Made by a program: the position numbers and the translations under genes | The notes under the pieces: generated by a model | The model's input: the letters and a program-made list of their open reading frames with translations, nothing else | Database searches by the model: none | What the model was told of the DNA's origin: nothing | Source of the DNA: Armatimonadota bacterium | GTDB taxonomy: Bacteria; Armatimonadota; Fimbriimonadia; Fimbriimonadales; Fimbriimonadaceae | Length of the DNA stretch: 64,000 nt | Direction of reading: 5' to 3' | Assembly (NCBI GenBank): GCA_037138755.1 | Contig: JBAXHT010000001.1 | Span: forward strand, 31,805-95,804 | Shown: positions 49,900-59,136 of the stretch, one piece after another | Position numbering within the stretch: position 1 is the stretch's first letter | Layout of the letters: each line of letters opens with the position of its first letter

Positions 49900-50483
49900 G
49901 GCGCACTACTGGACTCACTCTGATCGAACTCATCACGGTGATCGCTATCCTCTGCGCTCTTGCGGGACTAGCTTTCTCTTTGACATCCCCAGCCCGCGAA
50001 TCGGCCAAGCAAAGAGCATGTGTAAAGCAGCTGGAACAGATTTTTGTCGGACTTTCACTCTACGCCGCCGACTACGATGCAGAAAGTCTCTATCCAGAAC
50101 TTCACGGCCTATCATACATTGGTATAACTGGCAATACGTTCGCGCCATACGTGAGCAAAGAGCTTTGGTTCTGTCCCGAGGTTCCGCAGCATTTACGCTC
50201 GGGCAGAATTTCAACTTACAGCTCTAGTATTCTAGTAGCTCCCGTAGACAGTAGCGGCAACATTTCGAGTTTTCGCAAAGCTGCCATCAGCATGGAGAAA
50301 CAGCTAGGTACCGATATGTTTGTAGTGGAATGTACCGCTCACGACGAATTATATTACGCCCCGTCAGAACGTTCAGTTGACTTATCGTTAGCCACTCCCC
50401 ATAAGTGCTTGCTCCGCGTAAATGGCTCCGTTTTCTGCGGAAGATACAAACCACCACGAGACTTCATTTTGACCACTCCGTAG
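49896..50483 (+). CDS. Prepilin-type N-terminal cleavage/methylation domain protein
   Basis: G|LTLIELITVIAILCALAGL class III signal with E5, ARESAKQRACVKQL, YAADYD. TAAGGAGG lies 5 nt before the TTG start. Confidence 0.88.
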   Translation: MRRTTGLTLIELITVIAILCALAGLAFSLTSPARESAKQRACVKQLEQIFVGLSLYAADYDAESLYPELHGLSYIGITGNTFAPYVSKELWFCPEVPQHLRSGRISTYSSSILVAPVDSSGNISSFRKAAISMEKQLGTDMFVVECTAHDELYYAPSERSVDLSLATPHKCLLRVNGSVFCGRYKPPRDFILTTP

Positions 50484-50492
50484 GTTAGAACC

Positions 50493-50792
50493 ATGCAAAA
50501 ACTAAAATCACTCTCCCCTATCGCTGCTCTCGCTTTGGGAATCCTGATCGCAGGCTTCAGCACAGCATTGCCGCCAGTTCCATGCAACAAGAGCATGATT
50601 TTCCAGTGCGCTGAAGGATGTGTCCGAACAGAAGGCGGCCAATACAACTGCTGTAGCACGGCAGGCGGCGGATGCTGTGCACGACTATGTCGCCCCATTT
50701 TTTGTAACGGTCAAGGTTGCACCAACGGAAACAATGCTGCTGCGGGGAGCGTTATTCCAGATTCAGTCTGTGCAGACCCAGCCTGTGAATAA
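50493..50792 (+). CDS. Secreted cysteine-rich peptide (12 Cys in about 74 mature residues)
   Basis: Sec signal MQKLKSLSPIAALALGILIAGFSTA. Cys spacing C-x7-C-x3-C-x9-CC-x6-CC-x3-C-x4-C-x4-C-x16-C-x4-C. Confidence 0.75.
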   Translation: MQKLKSLSPIAALALGILIAGFSTALPPVPCNKSMIFQCAEGCVRTEGGQYNCCSTAGGGCCARLCRPIFCNGQGCTNGNNAAAGSVIPDSVCADPACE

Positions 50793-51396
50793 TCGACTTT
50801 CTAAGAGAGCACAGTTTTTAACCCTGGTAAGCATCGTTTTGCTTGCAACACTGGTTACAGTGTTCTTGCGGTGGGGAGATGTTCGTACCCGGAGGCGAAA
50901 CGATGTCACTCGATTTGTTGAATTCGTGAATGCTGGTCGATACACGGAGGCATTTTCACTCACCGATGAATCTTGCCCAGAAGGGATGCTTCGGCTTTCA
51001 CGTCAATCAGCTACGAGAATTTTCGAGTCATATGTACGATCCGCAAAGCAACCACCGCAGTTGCGTGTCGTTAGTATCCTGGAAGGTGAAGGAAACAGTA
51101 GTGATAGGTTCACTGTAAGTGATCCGCATAAACCCACGTCGATGGAGTTGTACATTCGGCGAGATGCATCTGGAAACTGGAATTTTAGCTCCACTGAAAC
51201 GATGTTCCTTCTAGTGTTCTACTGCGGTGAGGATCGCATAGATAGGTTCACAAGACTCCTCGCTGCCCTGGAGCAGAATCAGGAGGGTTGCTTTCCTATG
51301 GTGCAGGGTAGGGTCACAACCCCAGATCGTATCCGAAGATTCCTTTCCGGAGAACTCCCCTCCAACCAAGTCTTCACATACGACTCGTGTCCCTAG
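50785..51396 (+). CDS. Membrane-anchored protein with an NTF2-like/DUF4878-type helix motif
   Basis: GTG 50785 overlaps the peptide stop. N-terminal TM, then FVEFVNAGRYTEAFSL, beta strands and a GNW motif. Confidence 0.6.
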   Translation: MNNRLSKRAQFLTLVSIVLLATLVTVFLRWGDVRTRRRNDVTRFVEFVNAGRYTEAFSLTDESCPEGMLRLSRQSATRIFESYVRSAKQPPQLRVVSILEGEGNSSDRFTVSDPHKPTSMELYIRRDASGNWNFSSTETMFLLVFYCGEDRIDRFTRLLAALEQNQEGCFPMVQGRVTTPDRIRRFLSGELPSNQVFTYDSCP

Positions 51397-51439
51397 TTGT
51401 CACTCTATCGCTCCACAGGGCATGCATTCCTGCTCGATA

Positions 51440-51559
51440 GGCTGTCTGCCTCTTGAGGACGTGGAACCAAGGTCAAGCTTGCATACGCCAGACTTTGACT
51501 TCAACGATGATGCTCTAGAGATCGGGGTTCGGGTGATGACTGCGTTGGCGTTGTCGTAG
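51440..51559 (+). pseudogene. Orphan duplicate of the amidohydrolase C-terminus
   Basis: Reads [39 protein letters not shown], aligning without gaps to [39 protein letters not shown]. Confidence 0.85.
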
Positions 51560-51589
51560 CCCCGGCGTCCACGCCAGGATCCGGAACCC
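51492..51589 (+). repeat. Direct repeat copy 2 (attR-like)
   Basis: 96/98 identical to 49322-49419. Confidence 0.95.
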
Positions 51590-51609
51590 CACGGGGACGC
51601 CGGGGGTAC
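51556..51609. repeat. REPIN-like doublet of inverted REP hairpins
   Basis: GTAGCCCCGGCGTCC (51556-51570) matches the reverse complement of GGACGCCGGGGGTAC (51595-51609) at 14/15. GTAG foot plus the internal palindrome GGCGT-CC-ACGCC. Confidence 0.65.
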
Positions 51610-51623
51610 AATCAGGTTCCCGC

Positions 51624-53420
51624 ATGGATCAATCGCGCATCCGCAATTTCTGCATCATCGCGCATATCGACCACGGCAAGTCCACCCTTGCCGACCGCCT
51701 CATCGAACGATGTGGCGCGATTCGAGGCACCGCTCAGGAGCAGATGCTGGACTCGATGGACATCGAGAGGGAGCGCGGGATTACGATCAAGATGGCGGCA
51801 GTTCGGCTGCTTTACATCGCTAAAGATGGGCTTGAGTACGAGCTGAATCTGATCGACACTCCGGGGCACGTTGACTTCACTTATGAGGTTTCGCGGGCAC
51901 TTGCAGCTTGTGAGGGAGCTTTGTTGGTTGTCGATGCAAGCCAAGGAGTTGAGGCACAGACCATCGCAAACGCAAACATGGCGATGAACCAGAACTTGGA
52001 GATTGTTCCGGTGATCAACAAGATTGACCTTCCTCACGCGGACGTTGAAAGGGCGCGGGAAGAGATTGAGATGGCGGTTGCAGTGGATGCGACCGACGCG
52101 ATTCCGTGCTCGGCTAAGGCAGGAATTGGAATTGATGAGATTTTGGAGGCGATTGTCGCCCGGATTCCGCCGCCAGATGGTCGGGACGACAAGCCGCTTC
52201 GGGCCTTGATTTACGATTCCCACTTCGACGCCTACCAGGGCGCGGTGGCCTACGTTCGGGTTCGCGACGGAGCGGTCAAGAAGGGCGATGTCATCAAGAT
52301 GATGAACACCGGATCGACGTTCGTGGTCGATTCAACCGGCCACTTCGGGCCGGGTTTGCAGGTCAATGACGGGATTTTCACTGGAGAAGTTGGTTACATT
52401 ACCGCAGCGATGAAGTCGATTGGCGACGCCCAGGTGGGCGACACGGTCACAACTCGCGATGAAGGTGCTTCGGAACCTCTGCCGGGTTACCGGAAAGCTC
52501 TGTCAATGGTCTTCTGCGGCCTTTACCCGTCGGACGGGGATCAGTACGAAGACCTCCGGGATGCGATTGCGAAGCTCCAACTGAACGACGCCTCGCTGCA
52601 ATTTGAACCCGAAACATCGGCCGCGCTCGGGTTCGGGTTCCGCTGCGGATTCCTTGGCTTGCTGCACATGGACATCGCTCGCGAGCGGCTAGAGCGCGAG
52701 TTCAATCTCGACCTCATTCTCACCGCGCCAAGCGTGGACTACATCGTTCATAAGAAGAACGGCGACGTTGAGCACATCTCGAACCCCAGCGAATTTCCGG
52801 ACGCGAACGAGATTTTGGCGATCGAGGAGCCGACGGTTAAGGCGACGATCATGGTGCCCAACGAGTACGTTGGCGCGGTGATGACGCTTTGCCAAGAAAG
52901 GCGCGGGATCTATACTAAGACGGAGTACCCGACTCCCCAACGCGTGATCTTGTACTACACGCTTCCGATGGGCGAGATCTTGCTCGACTTCTTCGATAAG
53001 CTGAAGTCGAACACTCGCGGCTACGCCTCTTTCGACTATGATCCAGACGAGTACACGGCTTCGGAGTTGGTGAAGCTTGATATCCTTTTGAACGGCGATA
53101 TTGTCGACGCTCTTTCGTTCATTGTTCATAAGTCCTTCTCGTACAACCGGGGACGCGCGGTGGTCGAACAGCTTCGAAAAGTCGTTCCTCGCCAGCAGTT
53201 CGAAGTCCGAGTTCAGGCGGCGATCGGGGCGAAAGTGATTGCAGCGGACACCATTAAGCCGTTCCGAAAGAACGTCATTGCCAAGTGCTACGGCGGCGAC
53301 ATTTCGCGTAAGCGCAAGCTTCTCGAGAAGCAGAAAGAAGGTAAGAAACGCATGAAGCAAATCGGCTCGGTTGAGCTTCCTCAGGAAGCGTTCCTTAGCG
53401 TTCTGAAGGTTGCAGAGTAG
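51624..53420 (+). CDS. lepA: Translation elongation factor 4 (LepA)
   Basis: [81 protein letters not shown]. Confidence 0.98.
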   Translation: MDQSRIRNFCIIAHIDHGKSTLADRLIERCGAIRGTAQEQMLDSMDIERERGITIKMAAVRLLYIAKDGLEYELNLIDTPGHVDFTYEVSRALAACEGALLVVDASQGVEAQTIANANMAMNQNLEIVPVINKIDLPHADVERAREEIEMAVAVDATDAIPCSAKAGIGIDEILEAIVARIPPPDGRDDKPLRALIYDSHFDAYQGAVAYVRVRDGAVKKGDVIKMMNTGSTFVVDSTGHFGPGLQVNDGIFTGEVGYITAAMKSIGDAQVGDTVTTRDEGASEPLPGYRKALSMVFCGLYPSDGDQYEDLRDAIAKLQLNDASLQFEPETSAALGFGFRCGFLGLLHMDIARERLEREFNLDLILTAPSVDYIVHKKNGDVEHISNPSEFPDANEILAIEEPTVKATIMVPNEYVGAVMTLCQERRGIYTKTEYPTPQRVILYYTLPMGEILLDFFDKLKSNTRGYASFDYDPDEYTASELVKLDILLNGDIVDALSFIVHKSFSYNRGRAVVEQLRKVVPRQQFEVRVQAAIGAKVIAADTIKPFRKNVIAKCYGGDISRKRKLLEKQKEGKKRMKQIGSVELPQEAFLSVLKVAE

Positions 53421-53547
53421 TTTGGAGTGCGGACGCTTGCGCCCGTTTTGAGTTCCAGCGACTTGTCGCGGCTGGTGCGGCAGATTGCGAGATAGAGCCG
53501 AGCAAGCTCGGCACATTCAAAGCGGGCGCGAGCGACCGCACTCCAAA
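53421..53547. repeat. REPIN-like element (GGAGTGCGG family) between convergent genes
   Basis: 31-bp arms 53421-53451 and 53517-53547 match at 28/31 as inverted repeats. Internal hairpin GCCGAGC-AA-GCTCGGC. Confidence 0.8.
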
Positions 53548-54486
53548 TTAGAGTTCAAAGCGTTTGCGAGTGACTTCCCAGCTCGTCACACCGCTGACTG
53601 CATCCGCCGCCTCGCAGCAACAGGCTCCCACCGCGCAGCCGATTCTCATGCTTTCTTCGATGGAGTAGCCGTTGGTCATTCCGAAGATGAAGCCAGCGAT
53701 GGTGGCGTCGCCGCTGCCGGTGGTTCCGACGACTTCGACGGGGAAGATGGGTTGGCGGTGGCCTTTTTTGCCGTCCCACCAGAACAGGCCATCTCCGCCG
53801 CACTTGAGGATGAGCTGGTTTGCGCCGAGCTTGAAGGCCGCTTCGAGGGGGTTGTTGGAGTCCGTGACGGCGTGGGCTTCTCCCTCGCTGGGCATGAAGA
53901 AGTCGACGTGGGGGAGCACTTTTTTGAGAATGCTGGGCCAGTGGGCTTTGCCGGATTCGCCTTTCCAGTCGGGCTGGCTCATGTCGAGGGAAGTTCTTAG
54001 CCCCGCCGCTTTGGCGCGGCGGAAGATGTCGGCGAGTTCATCGCCGCCGTCGGCGTACATTCGGCGCATGAGTGGCGGGTAGCCGAAGTGTAACCAGTCA
54101 GCTTTCGGGAGGTTTGTGAAGTCAAGATCGCCCGATCCGAAAAGGTGGTTGGTTCCGGCGTGGTGGAGGAAGGTGCGGTCTCGGCCAGGCTGGCTGATGA
54201 CGATCGAGTGGGAAGTTTGGCCGTGGGGGGTTCGGATCAGGTACTGATCGAGGCCTTGCATTCTTTCTCGAATTGCGTTTCCGAAGGCGTCTTCTCCAAT
54301 TCGCGCGACCAGCGTGACCTCGGCTCCGAGTTTATGGAGCGCGAGGCCGACGTTAGAGACGGCTCCGCCGGTGGAGAGAATTGATTCGCCGGTGTCGACA
54401 AGCTGACCCGGTTCGGCGGGGTTGTCGGTGAGGAAGGTGGGGATGATGTCTAGGCAGAGGTGACCAGCGACGATGACACGACTCAT
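53548..54486 (-). CDS. PfkB-family carbohydrate kinase
   Basis: GHLCLD, TGGAVSNVG, G.D.FG, DFFMPS, VGTTGSGDATIAGF. ATG 54486 overlaps the upstream TGA. Confidence 0.9.
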   Translation of the reverse strand: MSRVIVAGHLCLDIIPTFLTDNPAEPGQLVDTGESILSTGGAVSNVGLALHKLGAEVTLVARIGEDAFGNAIRERMQGLDQYLIRTPHGQTSHSIVISQPGRDRTFLHHAGTNHLFGSGDLDFTNLPKADWLHFGYPPLMRRMYADGGDELADIFRRAKAAGLRTSLDMSQPDWKGESGKAHWPSILKKVLPHVDFFMPSEGEAHAVTDSNNPLEAAFKLGANQLILKCGGDGLFWWDGKKGHRQPIFPVEVVGTTGSGDATIAGFIFGMTNGYSIEESMRIGCAVGACCCEAADAVSGVTSWEVTRKRFEL

Positions 54487-55604
54487 TTGAGGGTCACCGT
54501 TTGACCGGTGCGCTGAGATTCGAGCGCGGCGGTGAAGAGGTGGTGACTCGCGAGGGCTTCGTCGGGGGTAGCGCATTGGAATTTGGGCTTGTTTCCGGCG
54601 AGCTCGTCGATGAACGCCGCCCACATTTGAAGGATCGCACCGGGGAATCCGAATTCGAAAATAGGTCCGGTAATAGTGGGGTAGGCGGACGAGTAGCCGA
54701 GGTCTTCTTCCTGCCAGGCTTGTTTTCCGCCGGGTTGGTAGGGCATTGTTCGCAGGGTTTTTGGGTGCTTGGTGTTGAACTCCGCACTGTTTTTGGTTCC
54801 CAGAATCTTGATGTACCAGGAGTCGGTGTCGCCGGGGGAGACCCGCTTAGTTTCGAGAATCATCGGGAAGCCTTGGTGGGTCTCGCAGGCCAGGATGGCG
54901 TTGTCCCAGGTGTCGCAAGGTTCTTGATTCCCTGCGCCGTTTGGGCGGGTTGGGAAGATGTTGGTGAGCAGAGCGCGGACGTTTTTCGCCTGGAATCCGA
55001 AGCGCAGGGGCAGATGGAGGACGTGGAGTCCGAGGTCTCCCATGCAGCCGTATTCGCCATTGGTTTCGGCCTTGCGCTTCCAGTTGATTGGCTTGTTCGG
55101 ATCGAGATCGCTGCTATGGCAGAAGCCGGCTCGGAGTTCCATAATTTGGCCGAAGGCGTTCAGTTCGACCATTTGGACTATACGTTGGGCGGCGGGAAAG
55201 AAGGGGAACTCGCTGGAGCAGCGCACGATCGTTTGCGGGCTTTTTTTGATGGCCTGGATGATTTTCTCGGCGGCAGATAAGTCAATTCCGAAAGGCTTCT
55301 CGGCGAACAGATGCTTCCCTGCTCGGATGCAGTCGATGTAGATCTGCTCGTGCATGTTGTGCGGGACAGCGCAGTAAATGGCTTCGATGGCTGGGTCCGC
55401 AAGCAGATCGTGGTAGTTTGTCGTTGTTTTGATTCCGGGATGGTGAGCGGCGAACCACTCCATCGCAGTTGGGTTGACGTCGGAGACGGCGACGATGACT
55501 GGCTTCGCTGGCATCGCCAGCAGATGCATCCAGCGTGCTGCTGCACTCGCGAACTCGCGCCCCATGAGCCCGCACCCGATCACTCCGAACTTGATCTCTC
55601 TCAT
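54483..55604 (-). CDS. Gfo/Idh/MocA family oxidoreductase
   Basis: GVIGCGLMG, AVPHNMH, AEKPFG, GDLGLH. ATG 55604 overlaps the aldolase TGA. Confidence 0.9.
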   Translation of the reverse strand: MREIKFGVIGCGLMGREFASAAARWMHLLAMPAKPVIVAVSDVNPTAMEWFAAHHPGIKTTTNYHDLLADPAIEAIYCAVPHNMHEQIYIDCIRAGKHLFAEKPFGIDLSAAEKIIQAIKKSPQTIVRCSSEFPFFPAAQRIVQMVELNAFGQIMELRAGFCHSSDLDPNKPINWKRKAETNGEYGCMGDLGLHVLHLPLRFGFQAKNVRALLTNIFPTRPNGAGNQEPCDTWDNAILACETHQGFPMILETKRVSPGDTDSWYIKILGTKNSAEFNTKHPKTLRTMPYQPGGKQAWQEEDLGYSSAYPTITGPIFEFGFPGAILQMWAAFIDELAGNKPKFQCATPDEALASHHLFTAALESQRTGQTVTLK

Positions 55605-56428
55605 TGTTTCAGCTCTTCGGCGGCTCGCTGGGGAGTCCAATCTTGGTGAACGATTCCCATCAATGCTCGTGTCATTCCGGCGGGGTTAGGGTGTTGGATC
55701 ACGTTGCGACCGTAAACGATTCCCTTCGCACCTTGGTCCATCAGATCCTTCGTTCGCTGCAGGATTTCCTCGTCGCTCGCACGGCCGCCGCCTCGGACAA
55801 GGACGGGGATGCCGGAGGCAACTTCAATGACTTTGTGATAATCACTGACATCCTCCGTCGGGTCGGCTTTGATGATGTCGGCACCTAGCTCGACGGCTTG
55901 GCGGACGAGCGGGCGGATTTTGTTGATGTCTCCGTCGACCATGTAGCCGCCTGCTTTTTCGTTCGACTGCATGACGAGCGGCTCAACCATCAAGGGCATT
56001 CCCGCCCGGTCGGCTTGGGATTTGAGCTGGTTGACATTTCGGACGCAATCTCGGTGGAGCTCGGGTTGATCCGGAAGGAGCAAAAGATTGACGACAACGC
56101 AAGCGGCATCGAGGCGGACGGCTTGGTCAACCGCGTCGGCGACAAGCTCGCTCATCAGCGTTCTTGGTAGCGCGTTTCCATAGACATTCGCGACGTCGGT
56201 TCGGAGAACGAGGGCAGGCTTCTGGCCCTTCATATTCTGCAAGATCGGAGCGGTGCCCGGTGGAAGCTGCACGGCGTCCGGGGCCGCGGCGACCACCGTT
56301 TCTATGGCCTTGCAAATATCTTCTATCCCACTAAGGAAGGAAAGCTCGTTGAAGAAACCGTGGTCGATGGCGACGTCGAAGCACTTACCATCGGCGGCGA
56401 AGAGTCGATTCAGGCGGGGCTTGTGCAC
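55601..56428 (-). CDS. Class I aldolase (DhnA/FbaB/LsrF type)
   Basis: AIDHG, PLMVEP, Schiff-base Lys in GADIIKAD, VRGGG, GIVYGRNVIQH. Confidence 0.88.
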   Translation of the reverse strand: MHKPRLNRLFAADGKCFDVAIDHGFFNELSFLSGIEDICKAIETVVAAAPDAVQLPPGTAPILQNMKGQKPALVLRTDVANVYGNALPRTLMSELVADAVDQAVRLDAACVVVNLLLLPDQPELHRDCVRNVNQLKSQADRAGMPLMVEPLVMQSNEKAGGYMVDGDINKIRPLVRQAVELGADIIKADPTEDVSDYHKVIEVASGIPVLVRGGGRASDEEILQRTKDLMDQGAKGIVYGRNVIQHPNPAGMTRALMGIVHQDWTPQRAAEELKQ

Positions 56429-56473
56429 GATGCTACGATCTTACTCTGAAGCACCTTACTTCGCCAGTATCAA

Positions 56474-57439
56474 TCATGTCGGCTTGCGCTTTTGGATGAT
56501 CGCGTCGAGTTGGTGCTGATCAATATCCACGTTCACTTGGATCCAAAGAGGCAGGTGGTCCGACATCTGGTAGGTGTAGTCCTCCTTGCTCATGCCTCCT
56601 GCGAACAGCACCGGAATGGTTGATTCATCTTGGAAGAAGTCGAGGATTCCGCCCTTTTTCGTGAAGTTCTCCGAGTATATGGGATGGTGAAGAATCTGGT
56701 CATAACGCTTGTCCTTCTTGAGGTTCGTGCCGAACTCTTCTTGTTGGAGGGCAGTAGGGATTCGAAGGCCCCACTTGGTGATTGCCTTGAACAGCTTTCC
56801 AGTATTGTCATCGATGTTGAAGTCGCCCATCACAATGAGGTCTTTATCCTCCTTTGATTTTTCAAGCCTTTTCGCTTCGATCCAGTCCGCTAGACGCCCA
56901 AGCTCGTCAGCGCGGGCGTCAATGCTGTCTCCCCAGCGGATGTGGGAGATCAGGACAACGAAGTCGAAGTTTCCAGACTGAAAGGAGGCCATGTACGGAG
57001 CTCGCCAGAACGACTTTTCTGAAACATACTCAAAACCTTTTTTCTGCCTAGGGGGGCTGACTTCGGCAGCGAGTCCGGTGAATTGAACCGCGCGTTCGTC
57101 GTAGACGAACGCAAGACGTTCGCGATTTCCTCCGGCGTCGGGAATCATGTCAGAGTAAACACACTTCCAGTAGGGACCGAGAATCTCTAAAACCCGCGCA
57201 AGGTCCGAAAGGTTATCTCTAAGCTCGATCACGCTGACTAGATCGAACTGACCGATTATCTCCGCGATATAGTGGATCGAGGCTTGTTTGCGCTTTTGCT
57301 TGCCAAATTCACGAATGTTCCAGGTGGCGATGTTAATCGACTCATCCAGTTTCGAAGGCGGAATTTTTGCGGCTGCGATCAGTTCTCGGACTTTTGTTAG
57401 TCCGATCGCGATATCCGAAGAGACGTTACCGTGAAACAT
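56474..57439 (-). CDS. Endonuclease/exonuclease/phosphatase (EEP) family protein
   Basis: IATWNIREF, IELRD, ERLAFVYD, RAPY, SHIRWG, MGDFN, YDQI, SDHLP. Start likely ATG 57439. Confidence 0.88.
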   Translation of the reverse strand: MFHGNVSSDIAIGLTKVRELIAAAKIPPSKLDESINIATWNIREFGKQKRKQASIHYIAEIIGQFDLVSVIELRDNLSDLARVLEILGPYWKCVYSDMIPDAGGNRERLAFVYDERAVQFTGLAAEVSPPRQKKGFEYVSEKSFWRAPYMASFQSGNFDFVVLISHIRWGDSIDARADELGRLADWIEAKRLEKSKEDKDLIVMGDFNIDDNTGKLFKAITKWGLRIPTALQQEEFGTNLKKDKRYDQILHHPIYSENFTKKGGILDFFQDESTIPVLFAGGMSKEDYTYQMSDHLPLWIQVNVDIDQHQLDAIIQKRKPT

Positions 57440-57608
57440 AAGACCACTGTACAACTTTAGAAACTAATTGACAAGTCGGTGTTGACTATGTCTTAATACT
57501 CTCGCGATGCTTGTAATCCGCCGAAGCCTGTCCTTCTCGTAAGAGAACCTCCTTGAGCGCAAACGCTCAACCGCTTCGACGTAAACCAAAGACTACAAAA
57601 CAAGCAAT

Positions 57609-58796
57609 ATGCGACTTCCCAAAGACCTTTTTTCGGAGGCATTGACCCTCCCTGACTTGGCGATGGTGTACGAACTCGGCGAACGAGTGAGCACCGCCGC
57701 CCACGACCTTGCGATCCTCAAAACCGAGGATTATGCATTCAATCCAGCTGAATATGCCGCTTCCGGCGGATGCGAACTTCACGTCCGTAACGATGTGACG
57801 GGCCTCTGGCTCGCGCAGTGGAGCGACAACCACGTCCGTTTGCGACCGAAGCATGCGGCGTTCGACGTTGCCTGGCGAGGCGAAAAGCTGAGCCTGGTGT
57901 GTATTGAGCCCGACTGCGAACCTCGCTTCTGGATCGTTGCCGGAACTTCACTCGCCTTGTGCGAGCGGTTTTTCGCGACCGTCAGCGCGTGGTACTCGGC
58001 TTCCAGCGATGCCATTTCTGTTTTTGATCATGGACACTTCATGCGCGATGAGGAACTGCGAGAGGATATTTCCAATCGTTCACTTGAGTCGCTTTGCCTG
58101 ACTGACCAGATTCGATCTGAGATCCAGCGCGGGGTGATCGAGTTCTTCGGAGCAAAGGATGTTTATTCACGACACAACATTCCTTGGAAGCGAGGAGTGA
58201 TTCTGCATGGACCCCCTGGAAACGGAAAAACGCAGACCATTCAGGCGATCGTGAACCAACTGAAGCTGCCGACAATCTACGTCCGATCGCTGCATGCTAG
58301 GTGGGATTCTCCCGAGGATTGCATTCGGCTGATCTACGAACGGGCCCGGCTCGCAAGTCCGGCGATTGTCGTTCTAGAGGACATGGATGCCCTAATCACC
58401 CAAGGAAACCGATCGTACTTCCTCAACGAACTCGACGGATTCCGAAAGCTTCACGGCGTGATGACGATCGCCACGACGAACCACTTGGACAAGCTCGATG
58501 TCGCCATTCGAGATCGACCAAGTCGGTTCGATGAAAAGATCTTCTTCGACAATCCAGATCTGGAGAGTCGGACCAAGTATCTTTCCGAGGTCATTGCCAA
58601 GTGGCAACTGACCGTTCCGTCTGACAGAGTTCAAAAACTCGGCGAACAGACGAACGGATACTCGTTTGCAGGGCTACAAGAGCTGACAAGATCGGCTCTC
58701 ATGAATTCTTTGAAGAATTCAGAGGATCCTTTTGAAGGTTTGATTCCCGAAACCGTTAAGAAGAAATCCAAGGCCAAAAAGAAGAAGAGCTCCTAG
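57609..58796 (+). CDS. AAA+ ATPase (classic clade, BCS1/FtsH-like ATPase module, no protease domain)
   Basis: PWKRGVILHGPPGNGKT, Walker B VVLEDMD, NELDG, TTNHLDKLD.AI.DRPSRFD; Lys-rich tail. Confidence 0.9.
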   Translation: MRLPKDLFSEALTLPDLAMVYELGERVSTAAHDLAILKTEDYAFNPAEYAASGGCELHVRNDVTGLWLAQWSDNHVRLRPKHAAFDVAWRGEKLSLVCIEPDCEPRFWIVAGTSLALCERFFATVSAWYSASSDAISVFDHGHFMRDEELREDISNRSLESLCLTDQIRSEIQRGVIEFFGAKDVYSRHNIPWKRGVILHGPPGNGKTQTIQAIVNQLKLPTIYVRSLHARWDSPEDCIRLIYERARLASPAIVVLEDMDALITQGNRSYFLNELDGFRKLHGVMTIATTNHLDKLDVAIRDRPSRFDEKIFFDNPDLESRTKYLSEVIAKWQLTVPSDRVQKLGEQTNGYSFAGLQELTRSALMNSLKNSEDPFEGLIPETVKKKSKAKKKKSS

Positions 58797-58807
58797 CGGA
58801 GCTCTTC
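58784..58807. terminator. Hairpin/terminator between convergent genes
   Basis: GAAGAGCTCC-TAGC-GGAGCTCTTC, a perfect 10-bp stem whose loop contains the ATPase stop codon. Confidence 0.7.
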
Positions 58808-58814
58808 AATAATC

Positions 58815-59120
58815 TTAGTGGTGATCGTGGTGACCGCTTTGTGGGCCGTACCATTCGTGCTCGATATCGCGAGCGACCGTTTTGCTATAAACGAACCAGA
58901 TGTACAGGTTGATGACCGTTGCGATGATGAGGCCGATACCCATTCCACGCAGACCGCCGTCGACCGAGTAGAGGGCTAGGTCACCTTTAAGCGTCTTTGT
59001 AAAAATGGTTCCGCAGGCAAATCCGAAGACGGAGAACACGAGGAAGAGCACTCTTCCGAGGGTGCGAGCGATCTGAGCATCTTGCTCAAGCGCAGGTCGT
59101 GTTTCGTGGTTGTCAGCCAT
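58815..59120 (-). CDS. Two-TM membrane protein with a His-rich C-terminus
   Basis: Two hydrophobic helices, ends in HEWYGPQSGHHDHH, starts 16 nt downstream of the csoR stop. Confidence 0.7.
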   Translation of the reverse strand: MADNHETRPALEQDAQIARTLGRVLFLVFSVFGFACGTIFTKTLKGDLALYSVDGGLRGMGIGLIIATVINLYIWFVYSKTVARDIEHEWYGPQSGHHDHH

Positions 59121-59136
59121 ATCTATTAGATTATAT

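Larger units (their letters stand above)
49420..51491. mobile_element. Integrase-less cargo islet between direct repeats
   Basis: Bounded by the 98-bp repeat (offset 2170 bp), visibly AT-richer than the flanks, carries 3-4 co-oriented genes, no recombinase gene. Confidence 0.75.

Noticed and set aside
49420-51491. Prophage or IS identity for the islet
   Set aside because: No integrase, transposase, terminal inverted repeats or phage genes are present
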